A stretch of 64,000 nucleotides of DNA from Acidobacteriota bacterium (GTDB taxonomy: Bacteria > Acidobacteriota > Terriglobia > 2-12-FULL-54-10): assembly GCA_009691245.1 (NCBI GenBank), contig SHUM01000004.1, positions 9,032 to 73,031 on the forward strand, read 5' to 3'. Positions 1 through 8,336 of the stretch are shown here, piece by piece; within the stretch, counting starts at the first letter, position 1, and each line of letters begins with the position of its first letter. The position numbers and the translations under genes are program-made. The notes beneath the pieces were generated by a model, which saw only the letters and a program-made list of their open reading frames with translations, made no database searches and was not told where the DNA came from.

Positions 1-341
1 GCGTCGATGGCAAGCGCAATTGGCAGTCCCAGGGCTGCGCTGCGGGCGGGGATGGGCAGCGCGTCATCAAAGGTGCTACCACCTCCGGCGGCGATGGTGC
101 TCACCGCGGTGGACGCCGCGATCTTGCGAATCACAAAGTTGCCGTAGTCGGCGACGTAAACGTTGCCGGATGAATCAACCGCCACGCCCTCCGGGCGAAT
201 CAAGGGAGTTTGCAGAGCAGGCCGGTTATCGAGCAGCGGGTTCCCTGCGACAGTGTTGATGATCTGGGCGTAAGCTCGATGAGCCGCCAGAAGGGATACA
301 GCTAGAATCGCAAGGCGGATCGTTTGTAGAGGATAATTCAT
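1..341 (-). CDS. Secreted NHL-repeat (beta-propeller) protein, partial; the 3' end lies beyond the window start
   Basis: Reverse-strand translation from ATG (rc of 339-341) gives MNYPLQTIRLAILAVSLLAAHRAYAQ (signal peptide) followed by GVAVDSSGNVYVADYGNFVIRKI, an NHL-type repeat. The ORF runs off the window; the ORF track missed it because it is partial. Confidence 0.5.
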   Translation of the reverse strand, partial: MNYPLQTIRLAILAVSLLAAHRAYAQIINTVAGNPLLDNRPALQTPLIRPEGVAVDSSGNVYVADYGNFVIRKIAASTAVSTIAAGGGSTFDDALPIPARSAALGLPIALAID

Positions 342-395
342 AAGTGGTTATACGTCCTACGATTTTGATCGATTCTCCGCAAGTTTAGAAGTCTG

Positions 396-953
396 CTACA
401 AGCCTGTCAACCGCAGCCCCGGACTTTTCGTCTCCTGCGCCGAAATTCCCTTGCCGCTTTTGCGCCGCACTTTGAAGAACTGGCGCAGCAGCTCGGCGCA
501 CTCTTCGGCCAGCACGCCACGGGAGATCGCGATGCGGTGGTTCAGACGCGCTTCGTCGGCGATGCGATAAAGCGAGCGAACCCCGCCCGCTTTGGGGTCA
601 TCGCAGCCATAGACCAGCCGCGTGATCCGCGCCTGCACCAGCGCCCCGGCGCACATCGCGCAAGGCTCGACGCTTACGTAGAGCGTGGCGCCCGGCAGAC
701 GATAGTTGCCTGCGCGGCGCGCCGCCGCGCGCAGCGCGACGATTTCAGCGTGAGCCGTGGGGTCGCCCGCGCCGATAGGCCGGTTGCGCCCGCGCCCAAT
801 GATTTCGTCGCCAAGCTTTGTCGTCATGATGACGATCGCGCCCACCGGCACTTCGCCCCCGACGGCGGCACGGCGGGCCTGCTCCAGCGCCAGGCGCATG
901 TAGAACTCATCGCGATCGCGCGCAGTGGGAATTTTTGCCGGTGAGTTTCTCAT
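396..953 (-). CDS. tadA: tRNA-specific adenosine deaminase
   Basis: CDA-fold motifs HAEIVAL and PCAMCAGAL; about 150-aa deaminase core. Confidence 0.9.
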   Translation of the reverse strand: MRNSPAKIPTARDRDEFYMRLALEQARRAAVGGEVPVGAIVIMTTKLGDEIIGRGRNRPIGAGDPTAHAEIVALRAAARRAGNYRLPGATLYVSVEPCAMCAGALVQARITRLVYGCDDPKAGGVRSLYRIADEARLNHRIAISRGVLAEECAELLRQFFKVRRKSGKGISAQETKSPGLRLTGL

Positions 954-1138
954 ATTGAATGAATCGGTCCCCAGTTCCCAAGGACGCTTACCTGTTGACC
1001 CCTATCGCCAGCTCGCTCTGGTAGCCACGGTCAGCGTATTTCTGGCCGTGGGGTTTCCTGTGGCATCACCAGTCCACGGCGAGAATTGCGCGCACCGTGG
1101 CTACCAATAAAAGACTACCGCATTAGCCGCCCCGCGCT

Positions 1139-1152
1139 CCACTTGCAAGTGG
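1139..1152. promoter_or_regulatory. Perfect 14-bp palindrome CCACTTGCAAGTGG in the divergent tadA/nuoI intergenic region (candidate operator)
   Basis: Seen directly; a flanking inverted repeat GGTAGCCACGG / CCGTGGCTACC lies at about 1021 and 1095. Confidence 0.3.
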
Positions 1153-1272
1153 CCACGAGATGCGTTAGGGTAATAGTTTGGTTCTCGGTCCTACCGGCTT
1201 GCCATGTGTATTCCATGTGTCTGCGCCGGCTGGGGATTCGCGGGACGCATTACCATTCAGCGCGAGGATTCA

Positions 1273-1767
1273 ATGGCCACGAGCGGCGGAGTTGCAGGTT
1301 TCCTGAAGAAGCTATTCCTGGTGGAGATTTTCCAGGGCATGGCCGTGACCATGAAGTACAATCTCGCGCTCGCTCGCCCTGGCAAGCCCAAGGATCTCTA
1401 CACCGAGGAGTACCCCAGGGAACGTCCCGCGGTGGCGGAACGGTATCGCGGCGCGCCGCGGCTGAACATCAATCCGGATACCGCCGAGACGCTCTGCATC
1501 GGCTGCAACCTCTGTGCGCTGGCCTGCCCCGAGCGCTTGATCGTGGTTACCACGGCACGCGACGAGACCACTAACAAGAAAGTCCTCACGACATTTACCT
1601 ACGACACTTCGCGCTGTATGTTCTGCGGACTGTGCGAAGACGCCTGCCCGGTGGAGGCGCTGGAACTTTCACAGGACTTCGAGCTGGCCAGCTACACGCG
1701 CGACGGCGCCATCTGGGACCGCCAGATGCTCGAAGAAGGCCCCCGGCCAACGCGCTACACTCAGTAA
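1273..1767 (+). CDS. nuoI: NuoI-like 2x[4Fe-4S] ferredoxin (NADH-quinone oxidoreductase subunit I family), standalone
   Basis: Two CxxCxxCxxxCP motifs (CIGCNLCALACP, CMFCGLCEDACP) and the LVEIFQGMAVTMKY N-terminal region typical of NuoI. Start chosen at MATSGG, internal to the longer ORF 1204-1767. Confidence 0.75.
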   Translation: MATSGGVAGFLKKLFLVEIFQGMAVTMKYNLALARPGKPKDLYTEEYPRERPAVAERYRGAPRLNINPDTAETLCIGCNLCALACPERLIVVTTARDETTNKKVLTTFTYDTSRCMFCGLCEDACPVEALELSQDFELASYTRDGAIWDRQMLEEGPRPTRYTQ

Positions 1768-1937
1768 GTTTTCACACACATTTTCGCAACAGCGCCACGA
1801 CCCCGAAGGAGTGGTCACGTTCCAGGGTCACGAGCTATGTCACGAATTATGGTCCAACGGGTCCACTCCCTCACGGTCTCGGCTCTGTTGCATGGTTCTA
1901 TTGCGTGTTCTGTTTGGAATGATAATTTCTGGCGGGG

Positions 1938-2279
1938 CTACTTGCGGTTGATGCCGATGCCGTGCTGTTTCACGTAATGCTTGAGGGACTGCTGCACTTC
2001 CAACGGCACATTCTTAAAGCGCACGCCTACGCCGGTATCGGTGGAATAGGCGACGATGCCAGTGACTTCCAGTGGCTTGCTGTCCGGCTCAAACCCGATC
2101 TCGAGTTTCAAGTCTTGGCCCACCATATCCTTATTTGAGCCGTTCAGCAGGATTCCGTACTCGCTGAATTCGCGCGCCAGCCAGCGAAACTGCTTGCGGC
2201 CCCAGTTCACCACCACTGGAAAGGTGACGTGCAAGCGCGGAACGCGGCGCTTTTCCTGAAATTTTTTCTCTTCAGCCAT
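1938..2279 (-). CDS. PilZ domain protein
   Basis: RRVPRLH motif and a DxSxxG-like STDTGVGV motif; about 113 aa from MAEEKK. The ORF track extends to 2360, but the upstream extension is likely non-coding. Confidence 0.65.
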   Translation of the reverse strand: MAEEKKFQEKRRVPRLHVTFPVVVNWGRKQFRWLAREFSEYGILLNGSNKDMVGQDLKLEIGFEPDSKPLEVTGIVAYSTDTGVGVRFKNVPLEVQQSLKHYVKQHGIGINRK

Positions 2280-2617
2280 GTTATTAACTTTGGGGCGCGC
2301 TTGAACCCGGCACCTTGAAACGACCCGAGACCCTCTGCCCGTGTGCGTTGTCGATTCCAACCATTAATCCCACTAAAAGTACCATAGAATCCCCACCAGC
2401 GGTCTGGCGAATGGGACTGATACCGATTGTGAACTCCCCGCCCGCCTTGTGTATCTGCGCCCGACTGGTTGTGAGTCGAAGCAAAGGAGGGACTGGCAGC
2501 ATTCGCTATTCGTATGAGAAAAGAGTCCTGGTCCTCAAGTACTCTTGTCGCCAGTAGCGCGGCGCACTATCATCATTGCGGCGCATATTGAAATCGCGGA
2601 TTATAGGCACACCGTAA

Positions 2618-4594
2618 ATGGGCGAGTCAATGGAACGGAAAAACATACAGCCCGGGGAACGGAAAAACATACCGCCAGATTTAGATGGTCCCGCGCCTGT
2701 TCATATGCCCGCCCCCGCTCGTGCATCCCTGGGAACTCCTACGGCACTGCCCCGGCGCTCCAAGAACTGGCAACGAGGGGCGTTGAGCGCCGCCGTCATT
2801 GCGCTGGCCACCGCCGCCGCATGGGGACTCAGCGCCACCAGCGCGCTGCGTCAACTGGAGCTGAAGATTCACGATCAGACGGTGATCTGGGCTGGTGAGA
2901 GCGCCCCACCGGACAACATCGTCATTGTCACCATGGACCCCGCGACCGAAAAAGCCATTCCTGCCCCGCGCATCCTGTGGCACCCGCAATATGCAGCGCT
3001 GATGCGCGCCATCGGGCGAGGTGGAGCCCAGGCTGCTGCGTTCGATATTTTCCTGGCCATCTCCGTCGAACCCTGGGCACCGGACTACGACCGTCAAATC
3101 GCCGAAGCCTTTTCTGAAGTGGCCATGACCACTCCCTTCGTGATGGCTTTTGATACAGCGGATGGCGTGCCCGACCATTTGCCTCTCTACCTGCTGGCCA
3201 ACACCATGCAACTCACCGGATTCGCCAACTTTACGCTCGATGCCGATGGCTTCGTCCGCCGCCAGCAGTTAATCAGCAATGATGGCACAATCGAATCGCT
3301 GGCCGCGCGCCTGGCCGCTGCGGCGACGGGCGAGTCCTGGAACGCCGCGGATTACGCGAGCGGGGCGGCACCGGCGTTGCAGCTCGGCGAGCGCGTGGTG
3401 CCGGTGGATGGCGACCGCGCCGTGGCGATTTCATACTATGGCCCCGCAAAGCACTTCAAACGAGTGTCGATGATCGAGGTATTGCGCGCCGCGGAAAAGC
3501 AGGACGAGAAAGCGCTACGCGGAATGTTTGAAGGCAAAGTGGTTCTGGTAGGCACGATCGAATCATCCGACACGCACCCCACGCCGTTTTATCGCGCCGG
3601 CGACTCGCCGCAACTGACACCCGGAGTGGAGATACACGCGAATGTATTGGCCGCGCTTCTGGAGAGCCGCTTCCTGCGCGGCACGCCGAGTTGGGCGACT
3701 CTTCTGCTGATGCTGCTGGCGGCCACCGCGGCAGCAGGCATTGCTCGCTGGTGCGGCTCGCATCGCAACCTGGTCACCAGCGCCGCGGCCCTGGTGCTAC
3801 TGGCGGCTGGATATCTTCTGCTCTCCGCCCAAGTGCTGAAAACCGGATTGGTGCTGCCGAAAGTTCCGGTGCTACTGGCGCTGGCGCTTTCATCGGGAGC
3901 TGCATACGCAGCTTCCTCGCTGACTGAAGGCCGCCAGCGGAAGCTGCTGCAGGAAGTCTTTGGCCGTTATGTCAACGAAGACGTCGCGCGCGAGTTGCTG
4001 GAGTTCGGCGACATCCCTCTCGGCGGCAACCGCCAGCAGATCACGGTGATGTTCACCGACCTGCGCAACTACACCAGCTACAGCGAAGGCCGCGACCCGC
4101 ATCAACTGGTGGAAGAGTTAAATGAGTATTTCGGGGGCATGTCGGCGGAGGTCAAGGCCCACGGCGGCATGATTAACAAGTTTATCGGCGACGGCATCAT
4201 GGCCATATGGGGCGCGCCGGTGGAGCACGTTGACGATGCGCGGCGCGCCGTGGCCTGCGGACTGGGCATGGTCGAGCGCAACCGGATCATGAATGAGCGC
4301 CGCGCCACGCAGCAGCAGGAGCCGCTTCGCGTGGGCATCGGAGTCCACACCGGCATCGTGATGGTGGGCCACATCGGCGCGCCCGAGAAGATGGAGTACA
4401 CCGCCATGGGCGACACCGTGAATCGCGCGGCGCGCATTGAAAGCGAGAACAAGGGTTTCGGGACGCAACTGCTGATCAGCGAGACCACCTATCATCTGGT
4501 CGCCGATATGATTACGGCGAAGTGTGTCGGCAAGGCCGACATGAAGGGCGTCGCGGAATCGGTCACTCTTTATGAAGTAACGGGATTAAGATAG
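2618..4594 (+). CDS. CHASE2 sensor domain-containing class III adenylate/guanylate cyclase
   Basis: N-terminal TM plus periplasmic CHASE2-like region, TM cluster, and a C-terminal cyclase core (FTDLRNYT, KFIGDGIMAIWGAP, GVHTGIVMVGHIG). Confidence 0.9.
   Translation: MGESMERKNIQPGERKNIPPDLDGPAPVHMPAPARASLGTPTALPRRSKNWQRGALSAAVIALATAAAWGLSATSALRQLELKIHDQTVIWAGESAPPDNIVIVTMDPATEKAIPAPRILWHPQYAALMRAIGRGGAQAAAFDIFLAISVEPWAPDYDRQIAEAFSEVAMTTPFVMAFDTADGVPDHLPLYLLANTMQLTGFANFTLDADGFVRRQQLISNDGTIESLAARLAAAATGESWNAADYASGAAPALQLGERVVPVDGDRAVAISYYGPAKHFKRVSMIEVLRAAEKQDEKALRGMFEGKVVLVGTIESSDTHPTPFYRAGDSPQLTPGVEIHANVLAALLESRFLRGTPSWATLLLMLLAATAAAGIARWCGSHRNLVTSAAALVLLAAGYLLLSAQVLKTGLVLPKVPVLLALALSSGAAYAASSLTEGRQRKLLQEVFGRYVNEDVARELLEFGDIPLGGNRQQITVMFTDLRNYTSYSEGRDPHQLVEELNEYFGGMSAEVKAHGGMINKFIGDGIMAIWGAPVEHVDDARRAVACGLGMVERNRIMNERRATQQQEPLRVGIGVHTGIVMVGHIGAPEKMEYTAMGDTVNRAARIESENKGFGTQLLISETTYHLVADMITAKCVGKADMKGVAESVTLYEVTGLR
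2632..2679 (+). repeat. In-frame 24-nt tandem duplication (ggaacggaaaaacatacagcccgg / ggaacggaaaaacataccgccaga) at the cyclase N-terminus (ERKNIQPG/ERKNIPPD)
   Basis: Seen directly in the sequence. Confidence 0.8.
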
Positions 4595-4618
4595 TTACAA
4601 GGGACCAAGGAGATAGAG

Positions 4619-5548
4619 ATGTCCATGCCAATCCGTTCATTTAGATTCATCCTGATCAGCCTGGCAGCGTTCACAACCTCCGCTGACGCGCAGACCGTGG
4701 GACTGCTGCCCATGATCAAAGGCGATGTCCGTATGATTCGCGCCGGCCAGACCACCGGCGTGCCCGCCCGCATCGCCGACCTGATCGGCGTCGGTGACCG
4801 CGTGATTACCGCGGCGGGCGCGGAAGCTACGATCTTGTTCTGCCCGGAATCGCGCGGCGCTAAACTGCTGGCCGATGGCGAAGCCGAGTTTACGGCAACC
4901 GCCATGCAGGTTCGCAAGGGCAAGCTCGGCGAAGAACGCAAAGTACCCAACTGCAAGCTGCCCGCCAGTCTATTGGCCAGCGCCAGCAAACAACAGGCCG
5001 GGATGCTGCGTCTGCGGGGCGCGCCGGTGATCCTGCGCACGCCTTCGCGCACCAACGTGGCCGGCCAGCAGCCGGAGTTTCGCTGGGACCCAGTCGCAAA
5101 CGCCACCAGCTATGAAGTCAAGCTGCTGGATCGCGAAGAACGCATCCTGTGGAAGAAGGTCATTCCCGCGTCCGAACTGAAATATCCGGCGGAGTCCTCC
5201 GCTCTGGAATACGGGCAGAAATATTGGTGGCGGGTTACCGCCTTCGAAAACGCTGAGAACGTGGCCGAAGTCGGCTCCTACTTTCAACTGTTACCCAGCG
5301 ATAAAGCCGCGCTGGTCAAGGAATCCGAGGCCAGTCTGCTGGAGATGCGCACCGCCGCGCCGGACGATAGCGGCCCGCTGTTCCTGCTCGCGTTTCTTTA
5401 TGAAGACAACGGCATGCTGGACGCCGCCGCGCGCACCTACGGCCAGTTGAATACAAGCATGAGCCAGCAGGAATGGGTGCAGAGCCGCCTCAACGACTTG
5501 ATGGGCAAACTCGGCTGGGACCGCCTGGAATCCGGCGCAGCCAAGTAG
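4619..5548 (+). CDS. Secreted FecR-domain-like protein with a fibronectin-III-like region
   Basis: Signal peptide MSMPIRSFRFILISLAAFTTSADAQ. FecR-like block GDVRMIRAGQ...IGVGDRVITAAGAEATILFCPESRGAKLLADGE. RBS aaggag 8 nt upstream. Confidence 0.6.
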   Translation: MSMPIRSFRFILISLAAFTTSADAQTVGLLPMIKGDVRMIRAGQTTGVPARIADLIGVGDRVITAAGAEATILFCPESRGAKLLADGEAEFTATAMQVRKGKLGEERKVPNCKLPASLLASASKQQAGMLRLRGAPVILRTPSRTNVAGQQPEFRWDPVANATSYEVKLLDREERILWKKVIPASELKYPAESSALEYGQKYWWRVTAFENAENVAEVGSYFQLLPSDKAALVKESEASLLEMRTAAPDDSGPLFLLAFLYEDNGMLDAAARTYGQLNTSMSQQEWVQSRLNDLMGKLGWDRLESGAAK

Positions 5549-5567
5549 CGGCAAAGTAACAGCGCCC

Positions 5568-5612
5568 GTGACAGTGCCGCGACCGTCAGCGAGCGGACCC
5601 GGTGGCCGGGCC
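5568..5612 (-). repeat. REP-like dispersed repeat copy (reverse orientation)
   Basis: rc = GGCCCGGCCACCGGGTCCGCTCGCTGACGGTCGCGGCACTGTCAC; matches the family consensus GCTGACGCGCGCGGCWCTGTCACGC. Confidence 0.7.
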
Positions 5613-5700
5613 GCAACGCTTTCTCATTGCTCGCCGCATTGCTTTTCCAACGCTTCCCCAACCTTCCCAGTGATTCTGGCGCGTGACGCTGCACATCGTG

Positions 5701-5745
5701 CCCGCTCAGGCCGGGTCCGCTCGCTGACGCGCGCGGCTCTGTCAC
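5701..5745 (+). repeat. REP-like dispersed repeat copy; forms an inverted pair with 5568-5612
   Basis: CCCGCTCAGGCCGGGTCCGCTCGCTGACGCGCGCGGCTCTGTCAC. Confidence 0.7.
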
Positions 5746-5780
5746 TTGTTCGCGCCCCGCTGCTGTGCCAGAATAAGCTC

Positions 5781-7007
5781 ATGCGCATCCCGGTGAAGTT
5801 CGACGGGGCTTCCTTGCTTTTCCTGGTCTCATTTATCTTGATGAGCTTTGGCGCAGGACTGCATCCGGGCCAATCTCAGGCACCAGCGCCCATCGCCATA
5901 CAGAATCTTCCACCCGCCGCGCCGCAAAGCGCGGAGTCCGCTCAGGCGCCTCCGGCCGAAGAAGAAGCCGCGCCGCCGATGTTTGAAGTGGAGGTGCAGG
6001 TGGTTACCGTCCCGGTTACGGTTACCGACCGCGACGGCAATTTCGTCACCGACCTGAATCCCACCGACTTCCGCATCCTGGACAACGGCAAGCAACAGCG
6101 CATCGAAAATTTCGAGTTGAGCTTCGACCCGCTATCGATGGTGGTGGTGGTGCAGACCAGCGGGCGCGTCGCAAAGGCGCTCGAGGAGATCAAGAGATCC
6201 GGCATTCTCTTTACGCAATTGATCCTCGGCGAAACGGGCGAGGCCGCCATCATTACGTTTGATCGCGAGGTGCGCCTCGCGCAGGACTTCACCTCCGACC
6301 CCGAGAAGATTGAGTCCACGCTAAAAAACATAAAGGCCGGTACGGACGAAGTCCACCTCAGCGACGCCGTGAGCCGCGCGCTGACCATACTGCAACGGCG
6401 CGGCAAAGGCCGCCGCAAAGTGGCCGTGGTCATCTCCGAGGCCCGCGACACAGGCTCCAGCGCCACGGCCGGGTTCGTGCTGCGTGGCGCGCAGCAGATG
6501 GGCATCAGCGTCTACACCGTTTCGCTCGACTCGGTTCGCGGCATGATCGATCGCACCAAGAGCGAAGGCCCGGCCGCCGCTTATCCTGCCGGAGTGATCT
6601 GGCGGCCCGGCCCAGCCAATGCGCCGCCCACGCCGGATACCCAGATCCCCATCGGCACGGCGAACCTCAATATACTCCCGCTGATCGAGGAGCTGGTCAC
6701 CTACACCAAGAATTTGCTGGGTGGTAATCACATGAAGTTCTATGCGACAGGAAGCGGCGCGGCGGACTTCTCCTCCAACAACATGGAGTCGCTGGAAAAT
6801 GCCATCACCCGCATCGGCCAGGAACTGCGCGACCAGTATATGCTCACCTACCGCCCCAATAATCTCGACAAGCCCAGCTTCCACCACATCCTGGTCCAGG
6901 CCGCCCGGCCCGGCGAGAAGCTCAACGTGCGCACCCGCCCCGGCTACATGTACACCCGCGGCGGCAAGGGCGCGGCGGCACCGCCCCCCCCCAGCAACGT
7001 CCGTTAG
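5781..7007 (+). CDS. Secreted von Willebrand factor A domain protein (VWFA-related Acidobacterial domain family)
   Basis: Signal peptide from MRIPVKFDGASLLFLV; VWA-like block VVVVQTSGRV...AIITFDREV...; C-terminal YMLTYRP. The upstream ORF extension 5568-5780 covers the REP repeats and was rejected. Confidence 0.7.
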   Translation: MRIPVKFDGASLLFLVSFILMSFGAGLHPGQSQAPAPIAIQNLPPAAPQSAESAQAPPAEEEAAPPMFEVEVQVVTVPVTVTDRDGNFVTDLNPTDFRILDNGKQQRIENFELSFDPLSMVVVVQTSGRVAKALEEIKRSGILFTQLILGETGEAAIITFDREVRLAQDFTSDPEKIESTLKNIKAGTDEVHLSDAVSRALTILQRRGKGRRKVAVVISEARDTGSSATAGFVLRGAQQMGISVYTVSLDSVRGMIDRTKSEGPAAAYPAGVIWRPGPANAPPTPDTQIPIGTANLNILPLIEELVTYTKNLLGGNHMKFYATGSGAADFSSNNMESLENAITRIGQELRDQYMLTYRPNNLDKPSFHHILVQAARPGEKLNVRTRPGYMYTRGGKGAAAPPPPSNVR

Positions 7008-8179
7008 AGGCCGAGGGCTTCGACGACGGCGTCGTGGAAGGCGGGGCGGAACACGCGGATGGCTTCATTCGTGCGCGTGGGGTGGACGCGGTTGGTGAGC
7101 AGCACGACGAAGAGTTGCTTCTCCGGGTCAATCCACAGCGACGTGCCGGTGAATCCCAAATGGCCGTAGGCGGCGGGCGAGAAGTATTTCCCAGATGACG
7201 ACGGCGCGCTGGGCTTGTCCCAACCGAGTCCGCGCGGCGCGCCGTCACCGGAAGGGCCAGCGGGGCTGCCGGGCTGGCTGCGCGTGAACTCGCGGATCGT
7301 CTCCGCTTTGATGATCTGCGTTCCCTTCCACATTCCTTCCTGCAACATCATCTGACAGAACACCGCCAAGTCCGGCGCGGTCGAGAACAATCCCGCGTGG
7401 CCCGCGACTCCGCCCATCACCCAGGCGTTCTCGTCATGGACTTCGCCGTGAATCAGGCGGTGCCGGAAATCGTTATCAATCTCCGTGGGTGCGATGCGCG
7501 GCAACAGTTCGCGGAGCGGATTGAAGAACGTACTGGTCATGCCCAATGGCGAGAAAATTTCCCGAGGGCAGCGAGACAACACCCCATCCACATGCGAGTC
7601 GCAGGACGCCGCCCACTCCAGCAACGCCCCCAGCAGAATGAATCCCACATCGCTATAGACCGTGCGCGTTCCCGGCGCGGCCTCCAGCGGAAGGGCGAGT
7701 GCCTCGGCCAGCACGTGTTCGCGCTGCCGCCCGCGCAGAAAAAACTTCTCGTAGGCGGGCAAGCCGGAGCTGTGCGCCAGCAGATGACGCACCGTCACGC
7801 GCTTCCGCATGTCAACTTCTGTTTCCGTGATGTCCTGCTCCAGAAACTCAGGCAGATAGCGCGCGATGGGATTATCCAAATGAAGTACGCCATCGTCCAC
7901 CAGCAGCATGGCCAGCGCGGTGGTGGCGACTACCTTGGTGAGCGAAGCGCAGTCATAAATTGTGTCCGCGCCCACGGGCGGCGAATTTTCATCGTAAGTC
8001 TGCCGCCCCGCCTGAATGAGCGTTATCTCCCCACGATACCCAATGGCCGCCGACGCGCCCGGAAACACGCCCTCGATCACGGCCTGCCGCAAAATGCGAA
8101 CCGGCTTGGCGAGCGCTGGCGCAGCATCAGCGCCTGGGCGCATGGACTGGAAAGGAGGGCCGGCGGGAAATTCGCTCAT
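7004..8179 (-). CDS. Serine hydrolase, beta-lactamase family
   Basis: SxxK motif (CASLTKVVATTA) and overall class-C beta-lactamase/esterase layout. Start taken at MSEFPAG rather than the longer ORF end 8263. Confidence 0.8.
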   Translation of the reverse strand: MSEFPAGPPFQSMRPGADAAPALAKPVRILRQAVIEGVFPGASAAIGYRGEITLIQAGRQTYDENSPPVGADTIYDCASLTKVVATTALAMLLVDDGVLHLDNPIARYLPEFLEQDITETEVDMRKRVTVRHLLAHSSGLPAYEKFFLRGRQREHVLAEALALPLEAAPGTRTVYSDVGFILLGALLEWAASCDSHVDGVLSRCPREIFSPLGMTSTFFNPLRELLPRIAPTEIDNDFRHRLIHGEVHDENAWVMGGVAGHAGLFSTAPDLAVFCQMMLQEGMWKGTQIIKAETIREFTRSQPGSPAGPSGDGAPRGLGWDKPSAPSSSGKYFSPAAYGHLGFTGTSLWIDPEKQLFVVLLTNRVHPTRTNEAIRVFRPAFHDAVVEALGL

Positions 8180-8253
8180 GGGCTGAATGTACCTCCCTTG
8201 CGAAACGCGCGCAACCCGTTGGCCTCGGCGCGGCGAGCATTCTGACCTCAACC

Positions 8254-8283
8254 CTCTGCGCAATCTGTGTAATCTGCGGATCG
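8254..8283 (+). repeat. Copy of the recurrent motif CTGCGCAATCTGTGTAATCTGCGGAT (family S)
   Basis: Seen at 8254-8283, 18272-18294, 57874-57900 (rc) and 57911-57940. This copy lies about 55 nt upstream of the 8337 start codon. Confidence 0.6.
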
Positions 8284-8336
8284 AACTATTCTGCTATACT
8301 CTCGGCGATGGATAACAAGTTGGCCGGGAGGGAACC

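Noticed and set aside
5568-5780. N-terminal extension of the VWA ORF (track start 5568)
   Set aside because: The extension is the translation of two REP-like repeats. The genuine signal peptide begins at MRIPVKF (5781).
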